From assembly GCF_006345805.1 (NCBI RefSeq), contig NC_043011.1, positions 33,306,464 through 33,370,463 on the forward strand: 64,000 nucleotides of DNA. Reading direction: 5' to 3'. Positions within the stretch are counted from its first letter, which is position 1; each line of letters opens with the position of its first letter. This DNA comes from Octopus sinensis. Taxonomy: Eukaryota. Of the stretch, positions 52,620 to 64,000 are shown in pieces. Made by a program: the position numbers and the translations under genes. The notes under the pieces are model-generated. The model saw only the letters and a list, made by a program, of their open reading frames with translations, made no database searches and was not told the DNA's origin.

Positions 52620-53290
52620 ATAATAATAATGAAATTATTGTGTATAGGGCTCAGGTGCACTCCAACTTATCAAGGTGCATGTATAGTACAAAGAATTATG
52701 TACAAATGTCAGGAAAGTGAACAGTGTATGAGTCATGGTATACATGTGTACATGTGTATGGAGGGGGGATATCAGATGTAGTGTTGGAAAAATTTCAGGA
52801 AGCATGGTGGTTTTAAAGGATGCAATGTTTCGGCAGCTAACAACTGATGCAGGTAGTTTGTTCCATGCTTCAGCAACTCTGAGTGTGAAAAAATGTTTCC
52901 AAAAGTCATGGAAGCTGTGCTGTTTTCTGACTTTATAGACATACCCACGTGTGTTAGACACATGGAGTTCAAAAAGGTGCTCAAGGTGATTGTTCGCACA
53001 ATGGTTAATAATTTTGCAGGGGTTTACCAAGTGCAGTTGCCAGATGTCAGAGCTTCAATGTAGCCATGTCCAAGGAAGCAAGGCATTCAGAGTATGGTAG
53101 ATGCCTGATAGAGGGTATTCGCTTGGTTGCACATCTCTGAACAGTTTCCAGGAGGTCAATGTCCTGAGCAAGATAGGAGTCCCAGACTGGTGATGCAAAT
53201 TTCAAGTGTGGCCACACCATAGCCATATACAGCCTTAAATAGATAGCTGAAGAGCAGCTGGTAAGGGTATTGCTGAGTGATGCCAAGACA
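52620..53290 (-). mobile_element. CR1/L2-group LINE 3' fragment
   Basis: LETVQRCATKRIPSIRHLPYSECL, FFTLRVAEAWNKLPASVV, (ATT)n tail. Confidence 0.82.
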
Positions 53291-53981
53291 CCCCTTTGAC
53301 ACTTTTGTCGCAAGCAAGTGTCACCATCATTCAAGCGGTGTCCATCATTTCCAGTCTTCCATGAAAACATGTCTAAGCATGGGAAAGCATTATCTTGCTT
53401 GATAAGAAATGAAGGTTGGCAACAGGAAGGGCATCCAACCATAGAAAGTCTGCCTCAGTAAATTCTGTCTGAACCATGCAATCATGAAAAAGTAAATGTT
53501 AAAACAATGATAATGATATGTTTAATGATTGATTTAAAAATCTAAGGGTCAATATCTGTGGGAATGATGTAGTGGAGGGGTGAGACTTGTGAGAGCTATA
53601 ACAGTCTGGAAGAATGATTGGTAAAAAAGTTCAGTGTAAGGAACAGAGGTAGACAGCAGAGAAAGCAAAAGTAACAGATAGAGTGAGAGATGGATAAAAG
53701 GAGGTTTTTTTTTCTTGTTTTTTTAAATGGCTGTGTAGTTTCAAAATTCATTATGCAACCATATGTCCTGAATGTGATTCCACTGCACAAAACTATGGGA
53801 AAAAGTCTTGGGTTGCCCAGTGCCTTGCGAATGGAATTGGTAGAGAGATGCTGTGTGGCAGCTCATCACATATGTTTGTGTGTGTGTGTGTGATACAAGC
53901 ACTTTAAGCAAATGTTTTCTATTATAGCCCCAGACTGACTATAAGTGAATTTGGTCGACAGAAACTGTGTGGAAGCCTATT

Positions 53982-54215
53982 AAGGTGGCGATCTAGCAGA
54001 AACGTTAGCATGCCAGGCAAAATACTTAGCGGTATTTCGTCTGCCACTATGTTTTGAGTTCAAATTCTGCTGAAATCGATTACGCCTTTCATCCTTTCGG
54101 GGTTGATTAAATAAGTACCAGTTATGTACTGGGGTTGATATAATCGACTTAATCCGTTTGTCTGTCCTTGTTTATCCCCTCTGTGTGTAGCCCTTTGTGG
54201 GTAGTAAAGAAATAG
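53982..54215 (+). mobile_element. SINE family B inserted in a family-A-like SINE, with TSD
   Basis: TSD gaaactgtgtggaagcct(a/g)tt on both sides. Confidence 0.8.
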
Positions 54216-54448
54216 GAAACTGTGTGGAAGCCTGTTATCTATATGTTTATGTTTGTCCGCCCATCACATGACAGTCAGTGCTGTTTTGCTTATGTCCCCA
54301 TAAACAAGAGAGACCAATAGAAGTAGTACCAGACTTTAGAAAAATAAAGCACTGAGATTAATTTATTGAACCAAACTCCTCGTGGTGAGGCCCCAGCATG
54401 AATGTTGTCCAATGACAGAAATAAATGAAATATAAAATAAGTATACAA

Positions 54449-54499
<51 letters not shown>

Positions 54500-54641
54500 G
54501 TGTGTATCATAAAAGATACCCACATTCTGCATGTAACACATCATAACACTGTGTAGCAAAATTTATATTTTTATTCTAGCCTTTGGTTAGTAAGTGTTAT
54601 TTCCTTCTTGCTTCTATCTAGAAATCACAGGAAATTACTAT

Positions 54642-54954
54642 TATTCCCTTCAAACTTTGCTTTTGTGACCTGGACATCAATGGTTTGAAACTGACCTATT
54701 TTCCATTACATTTCCAGCAGATTCAGCATTGAGTTGCTGAAGCAGAAATATCATTATAATAAATATTCTGCTCAATACCGCAAATTTGCTTGTCAGTTGC
54801 TTGACCTTAATCACTTGAGAATGTCCCTTAGTGGCTGACAATATGTGCATCTTTGATCATGAGCAGGAGTAGTTGGGGAGCATCATAGCCATGTATTAAG
54901 AGGGATTCTTTGGGGTTTCAATAAATGTTACAAAAACAAATTTTGAAGGAAATA
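54642..54954. mobile_element. MITE with ~28-bp TIRs
   Basis: tattcccttcaaactttgcttttgtgac / gttacaaaaacaaattttgaaggaaata (4 mismatches). Confidence 0.6.
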
Positions 54955-55264
54955 TTATCCATTTTTCATATTTTCTAGGGGTAAGCAAATAGCAAATGAC
55001 AGTTGCTACCCAAGGACAAAAATTGTGTTACACAGTGCAATTCCTCTTCCTATAAGCAGGATTTACGCAGTCTTTTTGGGACAATTGTACAGCAGAGGAA
55101 CTTTAAATGCTAAGCTGTTGCTATACAAATCCTTTCATAGGAACGTTCCTCTTGAATTTTTTCCTGTTTTATATGCCAGTGTTCAGAACAAAATTTCTTT
55201 AATCTTACACATGTACACACATACACACAATACATATTATAACATATTGTTCTTCTCTACTATA

Positions 55265-55670
55265 GGCGCAGGAGTTGTTGTGTGGTAAGTAGCTTGCTTA
55301 CCAACCACATGGTTCTGGGTTCAGTCCCACTGCGCGACACCTTGAGCAAGTGTCTTCTACTATAGCCTCAGGCCGACCAAAGCCTTGTGAGTGCATTTGG
55401 TAGGCAGAAACTGAAAGAAACCCGTCGTATATATGTATATATGTGTATGTGTATGTGTGTGCGTGTGTTTGTCCCCCAAACCCCCAACATCGCTTGACAA
55501 CCGATGTTTACGTCCCCGTAACTTAGCGGTTCGGCAAGAGAGACCGATAGAATAAGTACTAGGCTTACAAAGAATAAGTCCTGGAGTCGATTTCCTCGAC
55601 TAAAGGTTGGTGCTCCTGCATGGCCGCAGTCAAATGACTGAAACAAATAAAAGAAAAGAAAAGAAAAGAA
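55265..55670 (+). mobile_element. SINE family A (young, CpG-rich copy)
   Basis: Family match. Confidence 0.88.
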
Positions 55671-57478
55671 TATCTATTTTACTGATTATGAAAGTCAAAC
55701 TCAGCCTTAGCAGGGTTTGAACTCTGGGCATAAGGGACTGAAGTTAAATGCCATAAAGTATTTTGTCCATTACACAGCTCATTCTACCACCCCCAATCAT
55801 CCTTGTATCGAGATATAATCCTTTCTATTACAGGCACGAAGCCTGAAACTTAGTGGAGTAAGCTAGTAGGTTACATCGACCCCAGTTTATCGACCTAGAA
55901 AAGATGAAAGGCAAAGACAACTTTGGCATCATTTAAGTTCAGAACGTAAAGACGGACGAAATGCCGCTAAACATTTTATCTAGCGTGCTAACGATTGTAA
56001 AATAATCATGCAAACGAATTAACGGGAAAAGCGTGCAAGGGAGATAACTCTATTTATAATTCATGCATTGCTGTTTGTAATTCAATATTTTACCTGTAAA
56101 CTGGTTTTATATTTTTATTTGAAATTTATTTTTCGTCTTAATTTGATTAGAAATTTTACATTTAGTCATATTTTAACATTTTAGTGACTCGGCTAGGAAA
56201 AATCAACAAATGGTTGTTTAGATTCAGGTTAGTTCTGAATGTGCAGATTCTTTGACCAAAAGCGTTCTTAACCATGAGAACACCACTTTTTTTTTGTTGT
56301 TTAAGCAGTAAACTGCACTGTCTAATAAGTCCTTCCTTAATTTAAAGATGAGTGATTTAAGGGAGATTTAACTGTTATTTCTAACAGATCATGTAACCAC
56401 TTACATGCTTCCCTGGCAATTTTTTTTACTGTTTAACACTAGCTTAGTCCTGATCGAACTTGTAATGAAACAGGATGGTCATATATTCCACATGTGACCA
56501 TCCTGTCTTTTTCATATATATACTGAAAATCCAAAACTATATCGTCCAGTGTGTCCTTTTTTTCAAATAGTGATGGTGTGATTTGAGGGAGATTTAGTCT
56601 GCCCTTTCTAGCAGGTGTGGTGTACATATATGTATAATATATCTACATGTAATTTCTTTTACTATTTTATTCCTGGAATGTATTTATATTTTGGCTTATG
56701 GACCTATCATGTTTGACCATTATCCTAACATACTGAAATAATTAAGCAAAAATTACCAATGCTATATTAGTTAACCACAGATTCAAAGATTTCTTTAATA
56801 GGTCTGATTTGGTTTTTAAGAAACTCACTTTGCAACTTCATGGTTTTCGGTTCAATCCTGCTGCAAGGTACCGTTTCCCATTGAGTGACACCCTTCTCAT
56901 GGGATTACCAAATAACTTGGTAGAGTTGGGGTGCAGTATTGAGGGAGGTGGGTTTGTGCCAGGTATGAGGAAAGGTTAAAGCAGGAAAGAGGAACAGGAA
57001 AACAAGTATTTTGCTGTAGAGAGAATACATGGGTGTACCAGCAAGAAAAGGAGAACAAATTTTGGTGAAGGTGCATCAGGGTGTTCCCTTAAAGTATGAA
57101 ACGGTAAATAGAGAGAGAGAGAGAGTAGGGTGGAGAAGTAGGTTTACATGAGCATGGAAAAGGAGTAACAAATTGTAGAGATGAAGATAGAAGTGAAAAC
57201 AGTGAATGAAGAGCCTGAACAAGAGGGAGTTTCGATTAGAGAGGAATGTAAGGAATATGGGAGTGAGACATGAAGTAGGAGGAAATAGGTGGCAATACTT
57301 ACAAAATGTGTATGTGGGAAAACAATAGTGTCATAAATAATTGTGTGTGTGTGTGTGTGTGTGCATGTGTGTGTGTATATATAGATAGATAGATAGATAG
57401 ATATATCATAAGCATGCAGTCCAAGGAAGCAAGGGAAGCAATGCTGCCTTTAAAAATTAGAGAAACAAAATTAAAACT

Positions 57479-57704
57479 GTTGTGTCTAGGGAGAGTCGTT
57501 TTCTTTTTGTGCCTTATAATGTATCACACTCACCGGTAAAATTTCCACTTATTTCTTATTTTTATTTTTATAAAAATTAAAATAAGAAATAAGTGGAAAT
57601 TTTACTGATGAGTGTGTTACATTAATCTCCCCAGACACAACAGAATATGTTTCAACACACGAACTCATATAAAGAATCTTGCAAACCAAATCCAAAAACG
57701 AACT
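57479..57704. mobile_element. Inverted-repeat mini-element with hammerhead-like motif (57601-57673, + strand) and 12-bp TSD
   Basis: TSD aaaattaaaact at 57467-57478 and 57705-57716. Palindrome centred at about 57570. Motif ttta CTGATGA gtgtgtt...aacacac GAAC tc ATA taaa. Confidence 0.7.
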
Positions 57705-58319
57705 AAAATTAAAACTATATTATTTTTTATAAGATCGTTTTTCTAATGTTCTGTAAAATTAATATTATAAAGTACATGACATCATAGGCTTCAGACTGTT
57801 ATTGTTGGAATTAGCATGAGACAACAAGCAGTGGCAGACGACACAAAAAATCTGTGAAAGGGGATCAACAGGAACTCTTGCATCCATTTCTGTGTAACAT
57901 TTTTTCCGATAAAAATGCCACAAAGGCAATTTTTTTCTAGTATGATCTGATAACAAATAATTTTAGATGCTAATAAATACTTATACGCTTAGATTAAGTT
58001 TCTGTCAATTCACAATACTTATGATATATATATATATAATCTTACGTTGTTATGTAACACATAGGAAAAAGGAAGCAAGTTGACATTTTGCCTCCATCAG
58101 AAAAAATGGTGAAAAGATAACATGGATAGTTTTCTGTGCTTATACAACTAATATTTTATACTTTTTCAAATTAGAGAAAACCCTTAATATATAATGTGTT
58201 TTTTGTTTTTATTTTTAAAATAGCTGTATACTATGAAATTGTCAATTTGATTCAAATATCTATGTGACAGAAAACCTTGGTCTTTGCTTCCCCAACCAGA
58301 AAGATCACTACACGCATCT

Positions 58320-58359
<40 letters not shown>

Positions 58360-58360
<1 letters not shown>

Positions 58361-58736
58361 CTTGTTTCAATCATTAGATTGTGACCATGCTGGGGTACAG
58401 CCTTGATAAATTTTTAATCAAATGAATCAACACCAGTGCTTTTATTTTTTAAAATCCTGATACTTATTCTATCGATTACTTTTGTCAAACTGCTAAGTTA
58501 TGGGGACGTAAACACACCGACACTGGTTGTCAAGCAGTGGTGAGGGTAAGGAACAGATACACACACACATATATATACAACAAGCTTCTGTCAGTTTTCG
58601 TCAACCAAATCCTTTCACAAGGCTTTGGTCAGCCTGAGGTTATAGAAGATACTTGCCCGAGGTGTCATTCAGTGGGACTGAACCTGGAACCATGTGGTTG
58701 GGAAGCAAGTTTCTTACCACATAGCCACACCTGTAC
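58360..58736 (-). mobile_element. SINE family A (older)
   Basis: Family match. Confidence 0.75.
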
Positions 58737-58849
58737 CTACACACACACACACACACATGTAGGTATGTATGTATATAAAGTAAACTGACAAATAACAGAG
58801 AGCTTCTGTCAATGCTAAATGAGAACGTTGAGAAACCTTTAACAGCACA

Positions 58850-59135
58850 GCTCCCATGACTTTCGGAAACAATTTTTCACGTTAAGAGTTCCTGAAGTAT
58901 GGAACAAACTGCCGGCTTCAGTTGTTAGTTGTCAGAGCACTTCATCCTTTAAAACTTCCATGCTTCCTGAGATTCGCCAACACTACACCTGATTTTCTCC
59001 CCTCCATACACACGCAAGCATGTATCTGACTCATACACTGTTCACTTTCCAAACATTTGTACATTACTGTATATGCTTTATATGCACTTTTGACAAGTTG
59101 TGGTGCACCTAAGCACTGTATACAATAATTTCATT
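58850..59135 (+). mobile_element. CR1/L2-group LINE 3' end
   Basis: Reverse complement of 59410-59700. Confidence 0.75.
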
Positions 59136-59389
59136 ATATCATATATATATTTTAAGCACTAAAGCTGATCATCAGAAGTGAATAATTTGATACTTCCGTT
59201 TCGCAATACTTCAAGCAAACTACATCATTCTTATGCATTTATACATGTATGTATGTGTAAAATCTTTTTGTATCAATCAAGAAGACAATTTCAGTCAATT
59301 TTAATTGTCAGTCTAAATTAATTCCTTCATATTTATATTCAGCTTCCCCAATTTTTGCTTTCAATTTTTTTTCTTTTTCAATCTTAAAA

Positions 59390-59890
59390 TAATAATAATA
59401 ATAATAATGAAATTATTGTATACAGTGTTCAGGTGCACCACAACTTGTCAAAAGTGTGTATAAATCATATGCAGTAATGCACAAATGTCTGGAAGGTGAA
59501 CAGTGTATGAGTCAGATACATGCTTGCGTGTGCATGGAGGGGAGAAAATCAGGTGTAGTGTTGGCGAATCTCAGGAAGCATGGAAGTTTTTAAGGATGCA
59601 GTGCTCCGACAACTAACAACTGATACTGGCAGTTTGTTCTATACTTTAGCAACTCTTAGCATGAAAAATTGTTTCCGAAAGTCATGGGAGCTGTGCTGTT
59701 TACTGACTTTGTAAACATGTCCACGGGTGTTAGACAGATGGAGTTTGAAAAGGTGCTCAGAGTTATTGTTAGTAATAATTTTATGGGTGTTTGCCAAGTC
59801 AGCTGCCAGACGTCGGAGTTTCAATGTGTCCACGCCCAGGGAAGTAAGGCGTTCAGAATATGGCAAATGCCTGATGGAGGGTATTCTTTC
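59390..59890 (-). mobile_element. CR1/L2-group LINE 3' fragment
   Basis: PYSERLTSLGVDTLKLRRLAADL, (ATT)n tail. Confidence 0.8.
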
Positions 59891-60755
59891 TTTATCAGTG
59901 ATTATTAAATGATATTACATATGCAACCCTACCACACAGAAGAGAGGCTGGTAAAAATAAACCAAACTTGCTACTTACAATTCAGTTTTTATGCTTAACC
60001 TTGCTTATAGTCATTAATTTTAATAGGAGGTGGCAAATCAGTTAATGTTCCATTAACCATCAGCAATGACAGAAAGAGAACAATCAGGAATATAAACAGT
60101 CAATGTAGGGTTCTTCTGAAGGATCTTTGGAGTAACGTTACTGAACAGGGTACATAGCTTAGAAACCAGGGTGTCTCTCCGGGTGGAGCTGCTATGTCAC
60201 CACAACAGGTTGTCACAGCTCTGATACTGTGGATATGTGATTTGGATGTTGTGGGAACAAATCTCAAGATGGATTCTTCAAGCTGATACAACTTGCAGGA
60301 AACCTAGGAGTTGATCAAATATGAGATAGTTGAATACTATCCATAGTCTCAGTCAGTCATGCTTAGAAATCCAGCTGGAGAACCTAATGACAGTTTCTTC
60401 ATGGAGGACTCTACCCTCACAACCCCTTCCCCAGGAATAGAGGGCAGAGAAGATGGATGGATGAAACCCAGATTTTGTATTTATATTATTAGTAAATATA
60501 TTTTAAACAAATATACTATATGATTGTCAAATCAATCATCCATGTCTTCTTTCCTTCCTTCTCTCAAGTTATCATTTCTATAGAGAACTGAATAAGTTGC
60601 TATTATTTATTTCAGGTAACCTTTGGTCTAGTGCTGTTTTTAGCCACAGGTTAGTAACCTGTTTCCCACAGTGACAAAGCTTTCATGGATTTTAAATATC
60701 ATAAATCAACTATTTCTTACACCCATAAATGTGTGTGTGTGTTTATATGCATATT

Positions 60756-60848
<93 letters not shown>

Positions 60849-61499
60849 ATAGATAGATAAATAGATAGATAGATAGATAATGTGTATATGTATGTATATA
60901 TCATGCCAGCATGGAAGGCGGACATTAAACAATGATGATGATATACACACATATATATAATGCCCACATTTAGAATAAAATATATGCTTCTGTTGACTCA
61001 AACTTAAATTTTCAGTACACTTTTCACGCTCTACTTTAGTTATTTTATTTCACTCATATTAACTCATATCCATGAGACCAGATATAACGTGTAACTATAT
61101 CAACACCCATTCACACTGAAGTCTATAGATCTGATCTGATTAAAACACTTCTTGATGAATGCATCTAATCTTGAAAAGTCACTACAATTCCAACATTAGT
61201 GTTTAACAAGCTGCTGTCTTCTTCCAATCAGGACTCATGCCATTAGCCACAAAGAATAATCTCTATATGGAGCCTATTCTAAGCTACTAAGAATGTGTGT
61301 GGCAACTTGAAGATCCATCCACCACACACGATAGACTGGCAGTTGCACAGGTGCGAAAGCTACGTTGTTATCCTCATTCCATAAATGGTAGCTTTTTAAT
61401 GGGTGGAGAGCTGAACTGTCCAGGGGTACAGAGGATTCGCAATCTAGACTAGGGTCTGAAAGTTTACCACACCATAGCAGGTTACACCATGGTTCCTCT

Positions 61500-61690
61500 G
61501 CTTTGTGGCAGAAGTATGATGAATGAGTGAGAGAAAATTGTGGTGAAAGAGTAGAGCGGGGTTCACCACCACCCCCGTCGAGCTTAGGTGTTTTTGCTCA
61601 ATAAACCCTCACAATGCCCGGTCTGGGAATCAAAACTGCATTCTTACGACCACGAGTCCGCTGCCCTAACCACTGGGCCATTGCGCCTCC
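61500..61690 (-). mobile_element. tRNA-derived SINE family D (second copy at 62745-63040)
   Basis: Minus-strand head ggaggcgcaatggcccagtggttagggcagcggactcg...gattcccagaccgggc. Confidence 0.72.
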
Positions 61691-61885
61691 AAACAAGCTG
61701 CTGTTCTTTCCAGCCCCCAAAGCTAATGTATTCATTCAAGTGCAATGTGATTTGGATTATCATGTGATATCTATTATCTTCCTACCTTTTCTCATACTTA
61801 AGTATAGTGCTACCTGCCCTTCCCACCATTAACCCTAATGTTTTGAATTAAATTTCTCATGTTATATTTGAGTGAATATAATATT

Positions 61886-62266
61886 CTTTTACTTGTTTCA
61901 GTCATTTGACTGTGGCCATGCAGGAGCACCGCCTTTAGTCGAGCAAATCGACCCCATGACTTATTCTTTGTAAGCCTAGTACTTATTCTATCAGTCTCTT
62001 TTGTTGAACCGCTAAGTTACTGGGATGTAAACACACCAGCATCGGTTGTCAAGCAATGTTGGGGGGACAAACACAGACACACAAACATATACATAAACAT
62101 ATATATAAATACGACAGGCTTCTTTCAGTCTCCGCCTACCAAATCCACTCACAAGGCTTTGGTTGGTCCGAGGCTATAGTAGAAGACACTTGCTCAAGGT
62201 GCCACACAGTGGGACTGAACCCAGAACCATGAGGCTGGTAATCAAGCTACTTACCACACAGCCACA
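61886..62266 (-). mobile_element. SINE family A
   Basis: Family match. Confidence 0.85.
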
Positions 62267-63650
62267 TAAAAATATTATTGATATTAAGTCAGATCAAATC
62301 ATATATACATGTCAGAGCACATGGTTTAGTGGTTAGGGCGTTGCATTTACAATCTAGCAATCATGACTTCAATTTCTAAGCCAGGTGGTGCATTGTGTTC
62401 TTGAGCAAAACACTTCATCTCATGTTGCTCTACAATCACTTGAACACCTGGTACACAGTGCACCTATTCAGACAATGTCAATTTGGTGGAGCGAGTGCGC
62501 TAATATATGGCACATGCATTTAATCACTATAAACAAACCATTTGGGTGGGTCATTCAGCAAAGCTGGATACTCATATATCATCTTCAATAAGAAAGTCCA
62601 TCATAGATACACACACACATGATGGACTTCTTTCAGTTTCTGTCTACAAAATCTACTTGCAAGGCTTTAGTTGTCCTGGGATTAGAATAGAGGACATTTG
62701 TCCAAGGTGCCACACATTAGGACTGAAGTTAAAATCATGTTATTATTTATTTATGTGCCCTTTTCAAACCTAGCCAGGCTCATGGGCCCGGTTTCTGTGG
62801 TGTATGTGTCTCCCCCAGCTGGACGCCAGTCCATCGCAGTGTTACTCAAGAAACAGGAAGAGGGAGTGGAGAAAGTTGGGGTGAAAGAGTACAACAGGGG
62901 TCACCACCACCCCTGCTGGAGCCTCGTGGAACTTTAGGTGTTTTCACTCAATAAACACACACAACGCCCGGTCTGGGAATCAAAACCGCAATCCTCCGAC
63001 AGCGAGTCTGCTGCCCTAACCACTGGGCCATTGTGCCTCTACTAAAATCATGTGGTTAAGAAATAAACATTTGGAATCTGATAAATAAATGTGTCTATTA
63101 TTCCTCATGAGAATAACAAGTAAGCAGTTTTATTTATCTGACCCCAACTTGCACAAAGTGTTAGATACGAAGTACTTCTGAAAAGCTGAAACGTTTTTCT
63201 TTTGGTCTATACTCTTTGATAATTGTGTGAATGTGTTGTATGGGAGAAAGTCATGTTTTTATAGGAACCTTCCTATGTGGCTAAATAGACTTTTCAATTC
63301 ATTGTATAAACCCTTTTTGTTATTGATTTCTGTTGAAATTCACTGCCTTCATTTCAATCAATGTTTAGAATAATAAGGAATTTACTGAAAGTAACCATCA
63401 TTATTAACCTGATGTTTGGAATGTATATTAAGAAATTTTGATAGAATGTTTTAATTTGAATAATTTTAAATCACACTCACACACACTCAATCATGTATGT
63501 GTATATGTATATATATATATATATATATAGATAGATAGATAGATAGATAGAAAAATTTATATATATTAGGATAAGATCGTTATTTAAATATCGAACTTAT
63601 CAAGTGGCCAGCATGGGAATAAAAACCTTCAAAGGTAATAATTATTATTA

Positions 63651-63844
63651 AAATTATAATTTAGGGTATCTAAGAGATACCACCATGCTGGAAACAGCAG
63701 CCAAAACTTGACTCTAAAAGCACATTAAATGTTCATACAGCACCACTCCTGGTGCTGTATGAATATTTAATGTCGTTTTAGAGTCAAGTTTTAGCGGCTA
63801 TTTCAAGCATGGTGGTATCTCTTAGATATCCTAAATTATAATTT
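63651..63844. repeat. Long palindrome (~95-bp arms, 4-nt loop ctcc) with one-sided extension, between (TA)n tracts
   Basis: aaattataatttagggtatctaagagatacc...cagcacca ctcc tggtgctg...ggtatctcttagatatcctaaattataattt. Confidence 0.9.
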
Positions 63845-64000
63845 ATATATATATATTTGCACACACACACACACTTAGGCCACATGTGTCAAACCTGACA
63901 CTGGAGGTTGTCACAAACCTTTGGCATGCCAGATCGTGTCAAACTGTGTAACACATACCAGCATGAAAAATGGACATTAAATGAGGGTGATGATTATGTA

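Noticed and set aside
57408-58320. hAT-like element hosting the 57.5-kb insert, including the 63-aa ORF at 57765-57956
   Set aside because: The terminal inverted similarity is weak and no transposase motif was recognised, so it is left uncalled.
63595-63705. Hammerhead in the 63.6-kb palindrome (cagcatgg...ccatgctg-GAAAC)
   Set aside because: A stem II-like pairing and GAAA are present, but no recognisable CUGANGA-type core precedes it.

Overview
AT-rich, repeat-dense animal genomic DNA. The SINE and microsatellite repertoire looks like an octopus/coleoid cephalopod, which is an inference. It is most likely intronic sequence of one large plus-strand gene. The only long coding sequence is a 5'-truncated Penelope-like retroelement (PLE; Neptune-type reverse transcriptase plus C-terminal GIY-YIG endonuclease, about 11279-14490) inserted in a (TA)n tract, with one in-frame TGA and one frameshift. 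The rest is tRNA-derived SINEs of several families, fragments of RTE and CR1-type LINEs, mariner/maT/hAT/piggyBac-type DNA transposon relics, and microsatellites. A TE-poor island at about 24.1-26.7 kb carries a candidate 33-nt microexon and a candidate first coding exon. The most striking unannotated signal is a set of about ten minimal hammerhead-ribozyme (HHR) motifs from at least six sequence families, all in PLE termini or small PLE-like inserts. They include one fully canonical copy, U3-A8 compensatory core variants, a U6 variant, one with a branched stem II, and inverted (palindromic) mini-elements with 12-bp target-site duplications. A second structured RNA, a covarying 5' leader of RTE retrotransposons, occurs three times. 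Almost all short ORFs in the supplied track are microsatellite or SINE artefacts. Coordinates of degenerate repeats are approximate.
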